DNA of 64,000 nt, from positions 186,001-250,000 of the forward strand of contig NEEC01000017.1 of NCBI GenBank assembly GCA_002189035.1, in the 5' to 3' direction. Source of the DNA: Utricularia gibba. Taxonomy: Eukaryota > Plantae > Magnoliophyta. This document shows positions 62,870-64,000 of this stretch, piece by piece. The notes under the pieces were generated by a model, which saw only the letters and a list, made by a program, of their open reading frames with translations, was not told the origin of the DNA and searched no databases. The first letter of the stretch is position 1; every line of letters begins with the position of its first letter. The position numbers were made by a program, and so were the translations under genes.

Positions 62870-64000
62870 AAATCATGTATGATTATATTATTGATTATAA
62901 TAAAACATGGTTTGATGTGTATTTGAACTTATACATGAGTTTTGAGAATCTTCAATGAATAAATTACCATATCATATATTGGTCATTCAAGTAATAAATC
63001 CCAATACAACTATAGAGTTGTCTGTTTTGATTCATAATTAGGATTTAATCATAAAATATTTCATTATATATTTTAGACTTTTAAGCCTCATCTTTATATA
63101 AGATAATGTTTTTAATTTTAGAATTTTGATTTATATATTTTATGATATCTAATTTACACTTTTATGCATATGTATGATAATAAATTGTTAATTGTTGTTT
63201 GTAGCGATTCTACTGGGCATATAATACCAATAGTATATGCTATTGTTGATGATGAAAATTAAGAATCGTATTATTGGTTCATTGAGAAACTAGATTGTCA
63301 TGCTAGTATATCTTGATGTTAGTATATCTTGAGAAAATTGAGAATCGTATTCGACTACAAGTATGTACAATCATCTAAGATTGTCATGCTAGTATATATT
63401 GATGCTAGTTATATTGAGACATTTATAAATCGTAGCCTCATCATTGGTGTCTACGATATTTTGTTTCCAATTTTTACTAATCTGTAAAATATAAGGAATC
63501 AAAAGAGCATTTATATGCGACTGGTGCTACATTAAATAAAGTAAAATTTGAAGTATACAAGAAGAAAATTTTTATTCATCATATAGCAATGCAATGGCTG
63601 AATCGTCCCGAGGTTTTGAATAATACCAACAAATGAACGCATTTGACAATGGTAAGTATCACACATATTTGACTACAAATTAGGTTGAATGTATGAATAG
63701 AGTTTTTATAAGAGTATGAAGATATTTGTAGCATCTTGGATTTTAATTTCTATTGGATGCACACAATGTTTATTACAAGACATTAAGAAATAATTAATTT
63801 TAATGATAACATAGAGGTATATTATTTCAAATTGTTTTATATTGAAATTCATAAATGATTCATATTTAATGTATTTGCTAATAATAAAGATTTTCAAAAA
63901 CAAATGTATAATTTAAGAAAGAACAACAAAAAGCAAGACGATTTCTACTATATAAATGGGATCCTGATCATCTTACATACGTTGTTTCATAAAACTGCAC
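62870..64000 (+). mobile_element. Highly decayed Mutator (MULE) transposase remnant
   Basis: DSTGHIIPIVYAIVDDEN*ESYYWFIEKL at 63206-63292 matches the MULE DDE core (DxNxxIxPxAxAxVxxE...WF); weaker similarity on either side. Confidence 0.65.

Noticed and set aside
1-64000. CRISPR arrays, operons, prokaryotic defence systems, rRNA genes
   Set aside because: The sequence is intron-rich plant nuclear DNA. No repeat-spacer array or rRNA-like sequence was seen; the regular repeats are TE-internal.

Overview
Land-plant (probably eudicot) nuclear DNA. It contains nine spliced or single-exon host genes: SCD2-like, DA2/GW2 RING E3, cytosolic TyrRS, a P-class PPR, NTMC2T6-like SMP/C2, LHCA3, an At5g48310/At4g24610-family protein, a PHD + TRF-like Myb protein and a HIBCH-like hydrolase. 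These are interleaved with two transposon nests. The most striking element is a PIF/Harbinger family present in two decayed copies (8978-14510 and 48799-56160; TIR GGCCTCGTTTGTTAG). The copies carry complementary deletions. Together they reconstruct a ~8 kb element with a THIRD gene between the transposase and the Myb/SANT ORF. This gene has five exons and ~504 codons and fuses a Transposase_28-like domain to an FCP1/NIF-like HAD phosphatase domain, flanked by long fold-back palindromes and tandem repeats. LHCA3 and DA2 each show a -1 frameshift in a C-run, which suggests homopolymer errors in the assembly. All homology calls are by eye from remembered family motifs; no searches were run.
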